The translations under genes were made by a program, and so were the position numbers. Shown here piece after piece: positions 44,425 to 58,800 of a stretch of DNA of 64,000 bases. Position 1 is the stretch's first letter, and every line of letters begins with the position of its first letter. The notes beneath the pieces are model-generated. The model saw only the letters and a program-made list of their open reading frames with translations, made no database searches and was not told the DNA's origin. This DNA is from Blepharisma stoltei ATCC 30299 (taxonomy: Eukaryota > Protista > Ciliophora), in the NCBI GenBank assembly GCA_965603825.1, contig CBFDEM010000041.1, positions 558,001 to 622,000 on the forward strand, read 5' to 3'.

Positions 44425-47217
44425 TTACTCCATTGAGGTATTGCGTGAATAAACTTCTAGGATCATGGTCGCGATTTCTTCAACAATCACAAGGTCTTCA
44501 TCTTGGCTTTGGTGCAGAATTTTTACAATGACAGGGTATAAGTTGTATTGGTCAAGCAGCTCTCTTGGCTTTTGGAATTTGGAGCATAGTAAGTATAAGA
44601 AATCTAAACAGTTTTTGACAAGTCCTGGCTGAGGCCTCTGAGATATTTCTGATACGATTTTTATAAAGATTGACGAAATCTTGGAAAATTCTCTGACACA
44701 GAGTTTGGAGGACCGGAGGATCTTGATAAAACACTGTAAAATGTGGTCGAAATAGGTAGAGGAAATAAAATATTTGACAAGAATACTTAGGTTTTCAGGA
44801 AGGACGAGCTCGGAAGAACACCTTGATGGGTCATATGTGACCCAGTTAGCTATTCCGTCTATAGCCCGAGAATATTTCGCGACATTTTTGATAAATAAAG
44901 ATAATATTGAATGAGAGCATAAAATTTTGCTACAATAAATAGACGCTGTGGGGATATTTAGCAGTAGCTGAAAGGCTAAATCTCCATTCTCCCCTCCTTT
45001 TTCTACAAAATTTTTCAAGATTTCTACCCCATTAGCGAGCACAAGCTGCTCTTGTCTAGCTGGGCTTAATTTCAATAAATAATTCAACGCTCGCAAAGCA
45101 TTTTTCTTGACAGCGTCATCAAATTCGTGCTCTCTTCTCAAAATGCAGGCTAAATCTAGGATAATCCCTGAGTTTTCCAAAATCTGTATATAAATTACAT
45201 GCTGGATTGACCTTTCCCTTGATAAAAGTCTAATAATATTAACCAGCTTACTTTGAGCTTCTCCAGTCACATCATATATGCAGTTCACAAGGTACTGTAA
45301 ATTATCTTCTTCACAAAATTTCTGTTGGACAGTTCGTGGTCCCTATTTATAATTTACTTTTGCAAAAAGAAGCAGCAAGTCGCATACATAGGTAAGGTTA
45401 AGCTCAGAGTCTTTGGCTTGGTTTATGTTATCAAGGGTGATTACAAGTCTTTCAATAGCACCATAGCTTGCTCAAATTCGTAAAAAATCGTCATTTTCGG
45501 ATACTGTGAGGTCAAGCATACATCGGATGCCGAGGGTAACTAAATCACTGTTATTTTTGTAGTCTAAATCAATTACTTTTGGAATCGCTTCTATGCCTCC
45601 ACTTGCGAGGAATAGCTTTTTTACGTCTGGCGAGGAGTGGGAAAATTGTCCTAAAATATAAGCGGCTTCTATACGGATCTCTTTTATGTATTCTTCCCCT
45701 GTGTATCTTAAAGCTAAAGGAAGTAGTCCAATCACGCAGACTCTTTCCTGTAGTATTTCATCTCCTTCACATATCTGGCTTAGTAGCTGGAGTGCTAGTT
45801 GGATTTTATTATTTTCTTCTACCTCTTCCAATATTTCTTTAATATTCAAAATCATATCCCCAGCATTTTCCTTCAGCTTTGGATGCACTTTAATCATCTC
45901 AATCAGCTGCAGCTCAATTGTAAACAAATTATGACTTCTCGAATTGAACGCTTCCAACAAATTATTAAACTCCCTCGTCTCTTTTGTAGTAACCTTATCA
46001 TCTGCACTTACAAAGCTGATCCCTTCTGACACTATGCTAAGCGCTCTGCTCTCTCTCAGCTTCTGCAGACACGAATCAAATGACCCGTAGTCATCGCTTT
46101 CAATTTTTGTTGACTTACTAGCCGTTCTTGTCGTTGGTAAATGCTTTAGCATTTTTTGTGGCTCAGGGACTTGGACATTTATTTCTAAAATCCCGTCTTC
46201 TTCCTCTTCTGTGTCTTGCATGTGGAAGCTGCCTCTTGCTATATTTCTTCTATGCCCTAGAGGACTTGAGCACCTTTCGTCAGTTGCTGAGTCATTTATT
46301 TCTAATTTTTCTATTTCAATGATGCTGCCTATATGGCTTCTTATTGTGTTGACTTCTTCTGGGGTTTCAGTTTCTGGCTCTGCTGATTTTTGGGTTATTC
46401 ATGGGTGTTTTAATAAAGCTTTGGCGTCCACGCGGATTAGTGGCTCCTTTTGGAAACATTTGGTTAAAAAGTCTTTAAGCTCTTCACTGATGTTTGTAGG
46501 CAAAGGCGGGGCTGGGTCTTGAACCACTCGGTATAAAGCTTGCATGGGCTCTAAGTCGTAGTAAGGAGGACTTCCGGTGACAAGCTCTATTACGGTGCAG
46601 CCTAAACTTCAAATGTCGCAGGCAGGGGTCGTTGGGCCAGTTGGGTAGGCTATTTCAGGAGCCATCCAGTAAGGCGTCCCGACGACACTCATAGATTTTG
46701 TGGTTTCACTTAGCTTGGTAGCGACTCCAAAATCTGTCAGTTTTACGATTCCGTCTTTCGTTGCAAGGATATTTGCCCCTTTAATGTCTCTGTGCACGAT
46801 GCCTTGAGAATGCAAATAAACTAAGCCTAAAAGGACTTGTTTGATGTAAATTGAAACTAAACTTTCGTGAAATGGGCCATGCTTTTTGTTTATAGCTGCT
46901 AAGGAACCAATTTCGACGTATTCTAAAATAATGTTTAGATATTTGTCTGTTGAAATGACATCTACTTATTTTGTACCTATATATTTAACAATGTTTTCAT
47001 GATTGAGCTTTTTTAGCAGGTGAATTTCCATTTGAATTGAGTTTAGTTGATCGTCTGATATGTTGCTGAGGCTGATTTGCTTTATCGCCACTATTTTGGC
47101 ATTTTCTGTGTTTAAACCTTTATATACTTTTCCGCTAGCTCCTTTACCAATTATTTCGCCTACTTGCTAAGTTATTTTTACATAAACTCCAATCATCTTC
47201 ATTTGAGGCTTGGACAT
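44425..47217 (-). CDS. Cdc7/SepH/MAP3K-epsilon-like STE kinase with ARM repeats
   Basis: [46 protein letters not shown] (W=TGA at 46609) and [10 protein letters not shown]. Introns at 47167-47181, 46962-46976 and 45343-45357. Confidence 0.92.
45343..45357 (-). other. 15-nt intron
   Basis: GTAAATTATAAATAG; removes an in-frame TAG. Confidence 0.88.
46962..46976 (-). other. 15-nt intron (phase 1)
   Basis: GTACAAAATAAGTAG; removal restores [13 protein letters not shown]. Confidence 0.93.
47167..47181 (-). other. 15-nt intron
   Basis: GTAAAAATAACTTAG; removal restores [10 protein letters not shown]. Confidence 0.93.
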
Positions 47218-47796
47218 TTATAAATAGAATTCTTGCATTTAAAATCAATATGATTTCAAATAAAATTTTTATTATGAATATGCAGATGCACACTTTTAGA
47301 TTGATAGTATCTTATTAGTCTTTAGGATTGAGACGCTTGAACCATAATCTTCTTGCCTTATAGGTGCTACTCTATATTCCTTATATGGCATTGATTAAGG
47401 TCTTCCACCAAAAGCTTTCAATTATAAAGTCAATAGTTATTTTAAATTAAATTTCTATGCCTTAAAATTTTGTTTATGAATTTTATTTTTCTTTTCATAA
47501 ACTCCTACTCGTATTAGAATGTAAAAATGCTTTGAAATCTCTGAAAATAAAATTATTATCTCAGCAATTTAACTATGCACAACATATATTCTCACAATAA
47601 TTATTTATTTTCACTTACTTTTATGGAGAAACATATGATTTTACTTATAATAATACATAAAATGATAGAGAATTAGCGCCTTAAATATTGAGGCTATATA
47701 TATTCGGTTGGATAACTACTAATAATTACTTTTTTTTGCGAATTTACTATGGTGGATTCGAAATTATCAAAATTATAATATATCTAGAAGTAAGTA

Positions 47797-50559
47797 ATGG
47801 GACAGATTTGCATGAAATTTAAACCAAATCGCTACATAGAAGGTGAAGATAAAAATAACGATGTAACTGGCGAAGAAAGGACTCATTTAAATAGAGTTCC
47901 AAAACCAGACCATAAAAAAAGCGCAGTTCATGACGAAGAAGCAGCTTTACGAGAATTAGCTGAAAAAAAGAAAAAATCCAAGCCTGGGACCTTGAGACAA
48001 GTTATGACTTATATAGAAGCTCAGGACGCTGAAATCGACCCTCAGGCTCAAAAAAGCCAAGACGATAAAAAACTTATTATAACAGCACTGAATAATCATT
48101 TTATCTTTACAAGCTTAACTGATGAAGACAAAGAAATGGTCGCTGAGTCAATGCAGCTTTATATTTTTCAGCTGGGAAGTACCGTTTTCGAACAAGAAAA
48201 ACCATCAAGGTCATATTATGTTGTTAAAAGTGGTGTCCTTGAAGTCATTGTAAATGGCAAAAGAGTCAACCGAATCCACCCAGGTGAAGGCTTTGGAGAG
48301 CTCGCTTTACTTCATGATAACCCACGATCAGCTACGGTCAGATGCCTAGAAAAAACCTTACTCTGGGGCATCGAAAGGCAGACCTTTAGAAAAGTTATTG
48401 AAGAAATGAACACACAAATATATGAACAGAATAGGGAGTTTCTCGAAAAGGTCGCCTTGCTACAGCCACTTAGCTCACGGCAAAAAGACTCTTTAGCAGC
48501 TTCTCTTGTAGCCTGCAAGTATACATCAGGCCAAAAAATAATTTCAGAAGGCGAAAGTGGGCAGCAGCTGTTTATTATAAAAGAAGGGACTGTTTCAGTA
48601 CAAAAAGGGTCGCAAGAAATTGCCAGACTGCATGCTGGGGGCTACTTCGGAGAAATGGCCCTGCTTACTAATGCACCGAGATCAGCTACTTGTGTAGCTA
48701 TTGAAGGTCCAGTCAAATGTGTATCTTTGTCCAGAGAAACCCTTCAAAAAACATTAGGAAACCAGCTTCAAGATATCATAGAAAAAAATACTATAATGGA
48801 GGCTATAAATAAATCAGAAACTTTAGGATACTTAAACAAAGACCAAAAAGACTCTATTATCAGAGAACTTCATATAAAAAGTTACAAAGGAGGTGACGTT
48901 GTAATCCAAGCAGGGACTTCTTGCAGCTCAAAACTCTTTATAATTATTACTGGCAGGCTTCAATTTGCAAAGACCACTCAACTTTTTGCAGATAAAGGCA
49001 CTGCTGTCGGCGATGTGTATGTGGCCCAAACTCATTCAGAAGAGCAGAAATATGAAGATGACATGATTGCTTCGTCTGATATGAAAGTGGGTGAACTTAC
49101 AAAATACCGATTCGAAGTCAGCATAGGCGGCAGATATGAAGACGTTGTCAAAGAAAACGCTGCCACCAATGTCTTAAGAAAAGTCTACCTATTTAACACC
49201 TTAGACAGTACCAAAATGAAAGAGTTGTTTGGGATCATCAGAAGTGTAAAATATGGAGAAGGCGACATTATCATAAAAGAAGGGACCCCTATTGATGCTG
49301 TTTATATAGTAAAACGAGGAAAAGTTGACTTAAGAAAAAATGGGGAATTGATAAGGACAGTTATGAAGCATGATTATTTTGGGGAGCGGGGCTTTTTGAT
49401 TGATAATATTTCGACTGTCTCTGCAATAGCTAATGGAGGTGTCACGGTATGGGTTATCCAAAATAATGATTTTATACAGCTGGTCAATGAAAATATGAGA
49501 AAGCAGCTGCTGAAGAGAATAAAAATGGAGGACGAAAGGGTGGAGTTAAAAGATTTGATTGTGATTAAGCTGCTTGGAAAAGGGATGTTTGGAAAAGTAT
49601 ATTTAGTTAGACCTGCGAGTGCATTTCAGCTATATGCGCTTAAAGCGATTTCTAGGCGTAAAATCGATATCTACGCGATCCAAGAACACCTACTGCTGGA
49701 AAAGCATATTTTGCTTTTGATAGACCATCCGTTTATAGTGAAAATGGTGCGTACGTATAAAGATGACAAGCGAATTTATTTTTTATTAGAATATATTCAT
49801 GGCCTTGAGCTGAGCATGATATTGAGGCATGTAGGTCTTCTCAGTAACAGTGATTCTCAGTTTTATATAGGCTCCTTGATACTTGTTTTGCAGTATCTTC
49901 ATGAACGAGATATCATATATAGAGATGTGAAACCTGATAATGTTATGGTTGATTCTTCAGGCTTTATAAAACTAATTGACTTTGGTACTGCAAAGCAAGT
50001 GCAAGGGAGAACTTATACGCTGGTAGGGACTTATCATTATATGTCACCTGAAGCTATTGTAGGAAAAGGTTATAATAAAAATGCAGATTTATGGAGTTTA
50101 GGCATATGCTTATATGAATTCTTATGTGGAAGAGTTCCTTTTGGAGAAGACGAAGAAGATCCTTATAAGATTTATGAAGCCATTCTTGACATGAATTTAG
50201 AGTATCCATCAGAAATTGAAGGTCCAAGTGAGTCCGCTAAGTCTCTGATAGGCCAACTGCTAAGTAAATTAGGAGAGCATAGAAGTGGAGGATCAATAGA
50301 GAACCTAAAAAAGCATGAATGATTTGCAGGGTTTGATTGGGAAGGGCTAATGCACCAAACTGTTGTGCCTCCTTATACCCCTGATGTGGGGGATAATTTT
50401 GAAGACATTGAAGAAGATGATGCAGAGCAGAGAGAGCCTTGGGATCAAGTATTAAATCAGGAAAGTGAGGATAGTGATAGCTCAATGCCTGAGCTGATTG
50501 ATACTGAACTTGAAGAGTTTAAACTGTCAATACCAAGAAATTGGGATGCTGGCTTTTAA
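47797..50559 (+). CDS. PKG: cGMP-dependent protein kinase (alveolate type, four CNB domains)
   Basis: N-terminal MGQIC, FGELAL..PRSAT twice, AGC kinase domain (GKGMFG, YRDVKPDN, DFG) and HEWFAGFDW with the first W=TGA at 50320. Confidence 0.92.
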
Positions 50560-50712
50560 ATATTGTAAATTCATTTAATAAGAATTTGTCTATTTCCCTA
50601 ATAAACAATTTCATTTTTTAACCATGAAATCATAACAATTTCTATTTAATAACGTTTTATTAACAGATTTTCTAGTCAGTAATTATAAATAATTTTAAAA
50701 GAATAGCAATTT

Positions 50713-51984
50713 TTAAGTTGACATCAGCTTTGAGCCTAAATCATGGACTTTTCTATCTAAATTTGGCAGCACCTCTTTATAAAAGTCTCGGCTTGACTGG
50801 CTTCCACTTTTAGGATTTGAATTCCACTTCTGAGGAGAAAGCCCCAAACTCAGCTTTGGGAATGATTTTTCTCGAATCAGCTCAATAACCCTGGATTTTG
50901 AAATTAGCATACCAATAAGCTGCTCTCTTTCTGTTTGTGTTAAAACAGGCCATTTTCCTTTTCTAGCTTGCAGATTTTCTACATCTTTTGTAACGTCATT
51001 GAGACATTCTTCAAGAATCTGCTCCAGCTCAGTTCTCCTTGAATTAATTTTTTCCAGCTCTGATTTGAGGAGAATTACTTGACTTTGTGCAGATTTTAAT
51101 TCAGAATGGATAGTTTGTATTAGTGGATCAGTAATTACTGAAGAGTTTGACCTTAATCTTGCAGTATTAATTGTTAATTGAGATTTAGTCAGCATTGAAT
51201 TTGGGCTGCTATCTAAACTTTCAGTATGTTTTTTTTGATATTTCATTATAGTGATTTTTAATTTTCTAATTTGAACGTTGGCTGTTTCTAAGTCAGAAGT
51301 CAGGTCTTTTATTTTTGATTTAAGCTCTTTGTTTTCATCAATCAGTTGTCTATTAAAATCTTCTATTCTCCCTACAGTTCCTTGGAGTTCTTCTATTTGT
51401 CTTCAAGGGCCAGATTTTGAAAGAAGCTCAATATCCTTGTCTTTTGACTGCTTAACTTGTTCAAATTCTTGATAAGCTTTATCAAGTCTGGCGTTAAAAA
51501 TTCTTAATAAATCACTTTCATGACATTTTAATCTTTTTTGATTGGCATCTTCTAAGTCTTTAACACTGGTTTTTACTTTTTCATTAAGATCATCCAAGTA
51601 TTTAATTTTATCATCTACCTGCTCTTCAATTTGATATGTATTTGGCGATTTTCTTTTATCTTCACGCATTTTTTTCATCATTGTCGATGCATTTTCTTGG
51701 AAATGCAAAACTGCTTCTGCGTTCATTTTTTTGATCATCGCGTTTTCAGACGTTAAAAATTGAATTTTTTGATTGAGTTGCATGTTTTCATTGGTAAGAT
51801 CTGCTATTAAGGATTTTAAGTCACTTATTTCTTTATTGAGGAGCTGAGTGTTTTTTGAAACAATTGAACGAGTTTTTGTGGGAGATGATTTGAGGGCGCT
51901 GGTGAGAGATTGGACGAGAGTGTTTAAGACTGGAGATGAAGAAGTTTTGCCATCTTCTGTTTGTAAGAGATCTGTGCTTTGCAT
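50713..51984 (-). CDS. Hypothetical coiled-coil protein, 423 aa
   Basis: Two same-frame ORFs joined by TGA=Trp at 51403. Confidence 0.72.
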
Positions 51985-52349
51985 TTAACAGATTTTTTAT
52001 ATTAATTTTTTATTGTGCATTGTATGAAAATAGTAAAATTTGGTATTAAGCCTAGATTATGATAGAAATGTTTTATCATTGGAGATTTGGTGTTTTTATT
52101 AAATTTAACTAAAAAGACATTAATTCTGCCAAGTAATTACTAAATAGCTTGCATAATTTCTTAATCGATAAAACTCTATTAAACATTTCATTGATGAATT
52201 TACCACCTGCATATAGATATATGCAAATTGAATTATATAGAAAAATTAAAAAGAAGCTAATCATCTGAATATAATAATTTTGAAAAGAAATAAAAGTTAA
52301 TAAAACAATTTTCTCCTATTTTTTATACTTCAGCAATTTAATTATGATT

Positions 52350-52788
52350 GCATAAAATAATTATTTCAGTTTTTTATTTTCAAGTTCTTTATAATAATTC
52401 AAAGCAGATGCTTAATGCTCAAAACGTTCCTTCTGATACTTATATTTAATGCTAAGCTGTTCTATAAATCTTTCAATATATGCATTTATATAGATAAGAA
52501 TGTTTCTTGCGACTAAAGACTCTCCAAAGAGTCCAGAAAGCCGAGAATATTTTTTGCGAAGCATTCTGAATAAGAAATTAATAAGAGATAACCCGACAGT
52601 TGTAAGCATAAAAGCAGACATAATTCCTTGGTTCCCTATAGGGTTTCTTCCATAAATCTTTGTTCTAAGCTCTTCACTGTATAGAATAGGAAAAAAATGT
52701 CGACTGCTGAAGGTTCTCTTTTATCTTGCTGTCTAAGCGTTATATTTTGCTTATTTTCGAAGTTATCAGATTGCCTTAAATCCATCAT
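52350..52788 (-). pseudogene. Pseudogene paralog of the gene at 62798-63304
   Basis: MDLRQ..RQQ..AVDI and EELR...NPIG.QGIM..FGESL..EQL align with the intact copy. There is a 1-nt deletion near 52677 and a TAC-to-TAA change at 52412-52414. Confidence 0.85.
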
Positions 52789-52891
52789 AAGTTTATTATT
52801 AATAATAATATGAGCTTTAAAATTGATTTTGGATAAATGGACCATTTTATTTAGAAATTATCATTTGTCTTATTAATAAATGCGACTATAC

Positions 52892-55800
52892 TTAATTATG
52901 TCGAAGTTTATGATAATTTGCTAATTTTACTTTTCCAAGCAACTTCGAAAATATAAAAAGCAAGAAAATAAATTTATCTTTCATAAAGGGCTCTGTTAAA
53001 ATGAAAGATAAAACATTTTTGGTTATAGTTTTAGCCCTTTGCCTCATATTTTCATTTTTCTCTGAGTTACTAATCATAAATTCGAGCATATCATGATATA
53101 ACTCCAATAATTTTAGATATATAGGATTGAGAGATTGAAAATTCAAAAAAATATAATAAAACATTGTCACTCTTTTTGCTATACTTCTATACCTCTCTTT
53201 TTCAATTTCAAAGTTTTTCAACTTATCTTCTAATTTTTTGATCTTCAAGCCTATCTCTTTAGCACTTTCTTTACTTTCACTCAAAATCTCTACGAAATTA
53301 TCATTATCAAAATTTTCCTCATCTATTTCTGATATTGTCTTTAAAATTTGTTCTTCAATTTCTTCCAGGTAATTTTTATTTGTAAATACTTCATCTAATA
53401 TTTTTGTTTTATTTTTTTCGTAGTTTTGAATTTCTAATTTAGCTATTTCATCTAGCAGCTGATTTTCAATTATTTTTGATTTTAGAGAAAAATCAATTAA
53501 TGTCATTTTAACACAAATATCTGGCAAAATATGAGGATTTTTTTTATTACAGATAATATAAAATCTAAAGTCATCGTAATAAGAAATTTCTTCATCGTCG
53601 AATTTTAATAAAAATTGGCCATTTTTGCTTATAATTTCCTTGTCAAGCAGAGTAGCAATTGAATAATCAAGATTTACACTGGTATTTTCAAGCAATATAG
53701 AGTTTCCATATCTTATGCAGCTTTTTATTATTTTCAAAAAATCTGATTCAGAAATCTTCATTACTTTAAGTGTTTCACCATGCATATTTTTAATCCAATT
53801 CGACGCTATATTTTGTGGATCTATTATAAATGGCCATTTTCTGCACTTATTTATAATTATAGAATTGACTATACAGCTACTGTCATTTGGCAGTCCAAAA
53901 GCAATTGTCTTTTTTATTTCGACAGAATTCGAAAGAAATCTCTCAATAGAAAAATCCGCTGCATAAGGGATTTGTAAATCTTGGAGATATTTTAGCCACT
54001 CATTTATAAATTTTTGTCTATATAAAGCATTGAACTGACCTAAATATATAATATATGCAGAGCATAAGACTGAGTTTGTAGATACACTTTCTATATCTTT
54101 TTCAATCAATTTTTGTGAATCTCTCCACCTTATTTTTTCATTCCCTAAATTCACATATAGATTTTGGATTTTTTTTATTTTTAAATCTTTTGATTCAATA
54201 CTTTTTTTGATTTCTTCATTTTCATCGATTTTTAGCTTATATTCATTTTCCAGGTTTATAACTTCGTCTTGTGTGGCTCACCAAGAAGATTGCTTTTGCT
54301 GAAGTTCGGACTGCATTATTAATAAATTGTCTTCCTGATTAGCCAAATTTACTTTTTGAGGCTTCAAAGTTACGATTAGTTTTGCATAAGAGCTTATTGC
54401 AATCAGTCATTCTAGAAGTGCAGCTAAAGCTCTTGATGACTTTTTAACTGCTTTTATATTCATTAATGGGTTATCTAAGTATTTTTCTAGACGGTTTAAT
54501 TTATCTTCTGAAATATTATCAATATCATAGTATGCACAGATTTTCAAAAAATAGCCACCTCTTAGTAATGACTTGCTGCTTTCTCAGTTTTCCTTTGCAT
54601 CAAACATCAAGCAGATTGCTTTCAAAATATGGTCAACTAATTGAGTAGGTTTACTATATGACACTATTTCATAAACATCGCTTTTTCCCAGACCAAGCAT
54701 TTTTTCATTTGCAGCTGAGCATCTATTTAATGCAGGCTCATGCGCTTTTTCCAAAGCTTCTCTTAATGCTTTAATTGTATTTATCATAGCATTGCAGTCA
54801 TCGTCAGCTTTCCTTCAGATCTCTTCTTTTGGTTTTAATTCTTCTTTTTTTTGATTAATTTCTGATTCAAGTTTTTCAATTTCTTTTTGCTGCAAATCAA
54901 AATTTTCACTCAATTCACTATTAATTTTCTGTAAATTTGCTGCAATTTCGCTGAGATGATCTATTTTTTTTAGTCCGTTTTTAAATTTTAATAGATTTTC
55001 TGTCAATATATTTTTCTGCTTAATAGAATAAGAAATAAAATATGATAAAAAGTCTAGATATGAAGATGGTGGGATATAGTATTTTCTGTCTTGCTTATTT
55101 AGAGATTCTAAAGAAAAATGAATTAATGGAAAAAGTTCAGCTGGGATTATGTCAAAATCAAATAGATTTTTATTTTCATTAAAAATAAATTTTGCAATAG
55201 ATACCATAGTCTCATGCGATCAGCTTTCATATCAATCAATTGTACAGCAATTTATAATTGAAGGATACTGCTTCATCTTCCTTATTCAATTGTCTCCAGC
55301 TGGGCTAATTGCTAAGATTATGTGGAGATTTTCCTTGCATCTTTGAAAAAAATAATCTAAAACATTATCATTTGAGTAATGGCTATTTGATTTCCCAAAA
55401 CATTGCCTTACTTCATTGATAATTTCTTTAATTTCTAAGTTGCTATACAAGTTATACGTTTCATCATCGTTAAGAATGCTGCTAATATCTTCAAGATTTT
55501 TTTCACTAACAGTTTCATTATCATTATATAATAATACAAGCCCCTCGTTTTTACAGCCAGCAGTTCTTAAGCATAGCTTTAATTCTTCTTGAAATTGTGA
55601 ACCTGATTTGCTAATATGAAATTTATACCCAGAAATAAATGCGGCAAGTTTTGAAAAAGTTTTCTTGCCACTTCCTTCAAGTCCAATTAGTAAAAGATGA
55701 CCTCTGGAGCGCGTCAAAATTCTATGAATCCTGAATAAGTGCTCGACAGCATATTTAAAAAAGATAATATTTAATGAGCTGGATGTAATTTCATTATATC

Positions 55801-58800
55801 TTTCCAAAACAATCTTAAGTTTTTCTGTTAAATTCTCATCAATTTTAGTAACTACATAATCTTTTTCATCTTCGCCCATAAAATTACTGAAAATTGCATC
55901 TGATCATTGCTCTTTTTCAATTTCACAGCCAAAATCGCTATAAATGTGTTTTTCAATTTCTTTATCAAATACAGTCTTATCCTCGATGCTATTGAGTCTA
56001 TCTTTAAACTCCCTGCAGCACTCATAAGCCCAAAGTATAGTTATGTATTTATTATCTATAAATTTATCATAATCCACCAATATAATACCTTGTATCACTT
56101 TATATAAATTCCTAAAATTAAATTGATAATGATTCTTTCCTGGAGTCGTTTCAAAATCGTTAAAAATTTTATAATAAAGTTCAATTGTAGCTTTTATTAT
56201 CGTATTTATTAGGCTCGATAAGTTTTTGTTTGAGTATTCATCTAAATATCCATGCAAAATCAAAGAAAATATTTTTTCAATACTTTTTTGGCTTGGGCTA
56301 TTTTGCAAAATAACATGAAAATGCCTAATAAATCTTTTTGTAATTTCACTTTGTTTGGATTTCATTAAAGTATAATTTGCAATAAAATAAACATCTTCTA
56401 TGCTCTGGAAATAATATTTATTTATATCATAGTAGCCTCCTTCAATAGCTTGACGAATAAACTCAAATGTTGATTGAGAGTTAAAATCTTCAATTGGTAA
56501 TAAATTGAGACCATCAATAAATATTACCATTTTTTTACCTGCTGGAGGCTTTCTTAAACATTGGCTTGGCTTTCTTAATTTATTTTCAATAATATTTATA
56601 ATAGCTTGAGTTGAAAAATTTCGATTACAATTGAAACCTGCTGAAATGAAGCCTTCTTTTCCTTTTAAAAAATCTTTAGCATATTTTGTTTTCCCAATAC
56701 CTGTTTCTCCTAAAATTAAAACATTTTTGTTTGATTTCAAAAGATTTTCTTGTAAGTAATGGTGTTTAGAATAGTCAGATGTATGGATAAAAATTGAATG
56801 AAATGGCTGAGAGCTGTTGCATGCTATTTCGTGCGTTTTTTCATCTCACAAAACAAATTCGCATGTATCTTCATTAATTTTATATTCAAAAAGCTCAAGA
56901 ATATATTCTTTTTCATTGATGGATCTAATTTTTTCTTTTAATATTCGATCAAATTTTCTTTTATCTTCTTCATTAAGACTTCCTCCAAACGATCATAAAA
57001 TTGAAAAAATTATATATAAATTTGCTAATTTTTTGGCATCATCAATCCTCATTTTTAAGATTTTTTCTTTCTTAAATATTGACTTAAATAAGTTCAAAAA
57101 CGAAATTACCATATGATTTTTTGATACAAAAAACTTTCTTTTAAATTCCAAATCAATAAAACTACTAATATAATTTCTGGTCGTTTCTACTATATAATCA
57201 GTTATATGTGAAACCTCTCCCTTAAGCCATCTTTCTCAGCAATCAATAAGTGCCTCCCATTTAATATTTTTCTCGTCAATATAGACTACACTAACTCTGC
57301 TGATGATTGCTGGAGAAGCGTTATAAAGCAAGTCTGTTTCAAAAATAAAAGAAATCGAGTCTTTAATAGCAATTCTTTCCCCATTATTTAAGCAAAGGAT
57401 TTTATTATCATCTAGTACAGAATTTAATTGATCTGATCATGAGCTTTCGAGCCGTGCATCAAAAATGATTCATTTTTTGCTATTATCATTTTCCTCTTGT
57501 AAATAATTTTTAATCAAGCTACCAATAATCCCATCTGTATTAATATTTCCGTATAAATCTTGTATGCTAACTGATTTTGGATTTAGTGAAATATATGATA
57601 TATTCTCATCTTCATTTAGCTTATTTAAAGCTTCAGCCAAAATCTTATAAATCGTTGTTTTTCCACTACCTGCCTCTCCAATTACGATAACCCCCTGCCT
57701 TGATTTTATGCATTCGTGCAGCTGTATTATTTTATGAATAAAATTTTCTAGATTTGCATAATTTTTCACCTCAATTAGATGCCTTATTATATTTTCTAAA
57801 TACGCATAGTTCTTTGGAGGAATTATTTGTGGAAAATGGCTGTAAATAATTGTTTTGAATAATTCTAGATCTTCTTCAACAATTTTAGAAATATTAAAAT
57901 CTCTGATTGTTCTAGCAAGAATAGTCTCTTCAGACAGGTATTGATGCGAATATTTCAGATTTCCAGCTGCATTTAGGACAGATTTAATTGATGAGATTCT
58001 AAAATGGTAATGAGATTGCTTGGAAAGTTTTTTTGAAGCTGATTCATAAATTTCTATCAATTTCTGAGCTAATTCTTTTGCTTTATTAAATCCTTTGCAT
58101 TTAAAAACTGTTTCACAAATTAAAAAATAATCAAATTCTACTATGGCGCATGGCCGAAAATAAAGTTTCAGGCATTTTGGGAGTTCATTTCTATTTTGTG
58201 AGGAATTTATTTTAGATTTTATTTTCAAATCAAAATTATTCAATCCATTCACTGTTATAAAAATCCCACATTTAGGATTTATTTTAAATTGTTTCCCGCT
58301 TAATAAAAATTTTTCTTTACTGTTCCTTATAGAAAAATGAACCGCAGAAAGATATCCTGCCATAATAGAAAGAACTTCAATAGAAATTTTATTAAATTCA
58401 TCAAAGCATGCTCATAATCCACCAACAGCACATCCTAATAATATTTTTTCCAACAAATAAATACTGCAATTTTTTGTGGAATTTACAAATAAGCAATAAA
58501 TCCCTAAGCTTTTAGATAGATCTTTAATTGTTTCTGTCTTTCCTGAGCATTGAATGCCTTCAATCGCTCCTCCATTATGTGTACTAAGTGCTTGAGTTAA
58601 AGCTAAATAGCATTTATCAGTGATAGGAGTAATAACTAGTCTCGGTGTATTTCCTAAATATTCGTTTGAATAAGCAAAATTTGCTGCTAATTGTTTTATT
58701 ATGCAATTATCAGAGTAAAAATCCCAATAATATTTAAACTGTTTTTCTCAGTTAAAATCGTCCACTTTTTTAACATAATTTCCAATTAAACTTCCTATAA

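Noticed and set aside
32906-52888. Shared 13-mer ataaatgcgacta at 32906 and 52876
   Set aside because: Matches of this length are expected by chance in 64 kb of AT-rich DNA, and the similarity does not extend.
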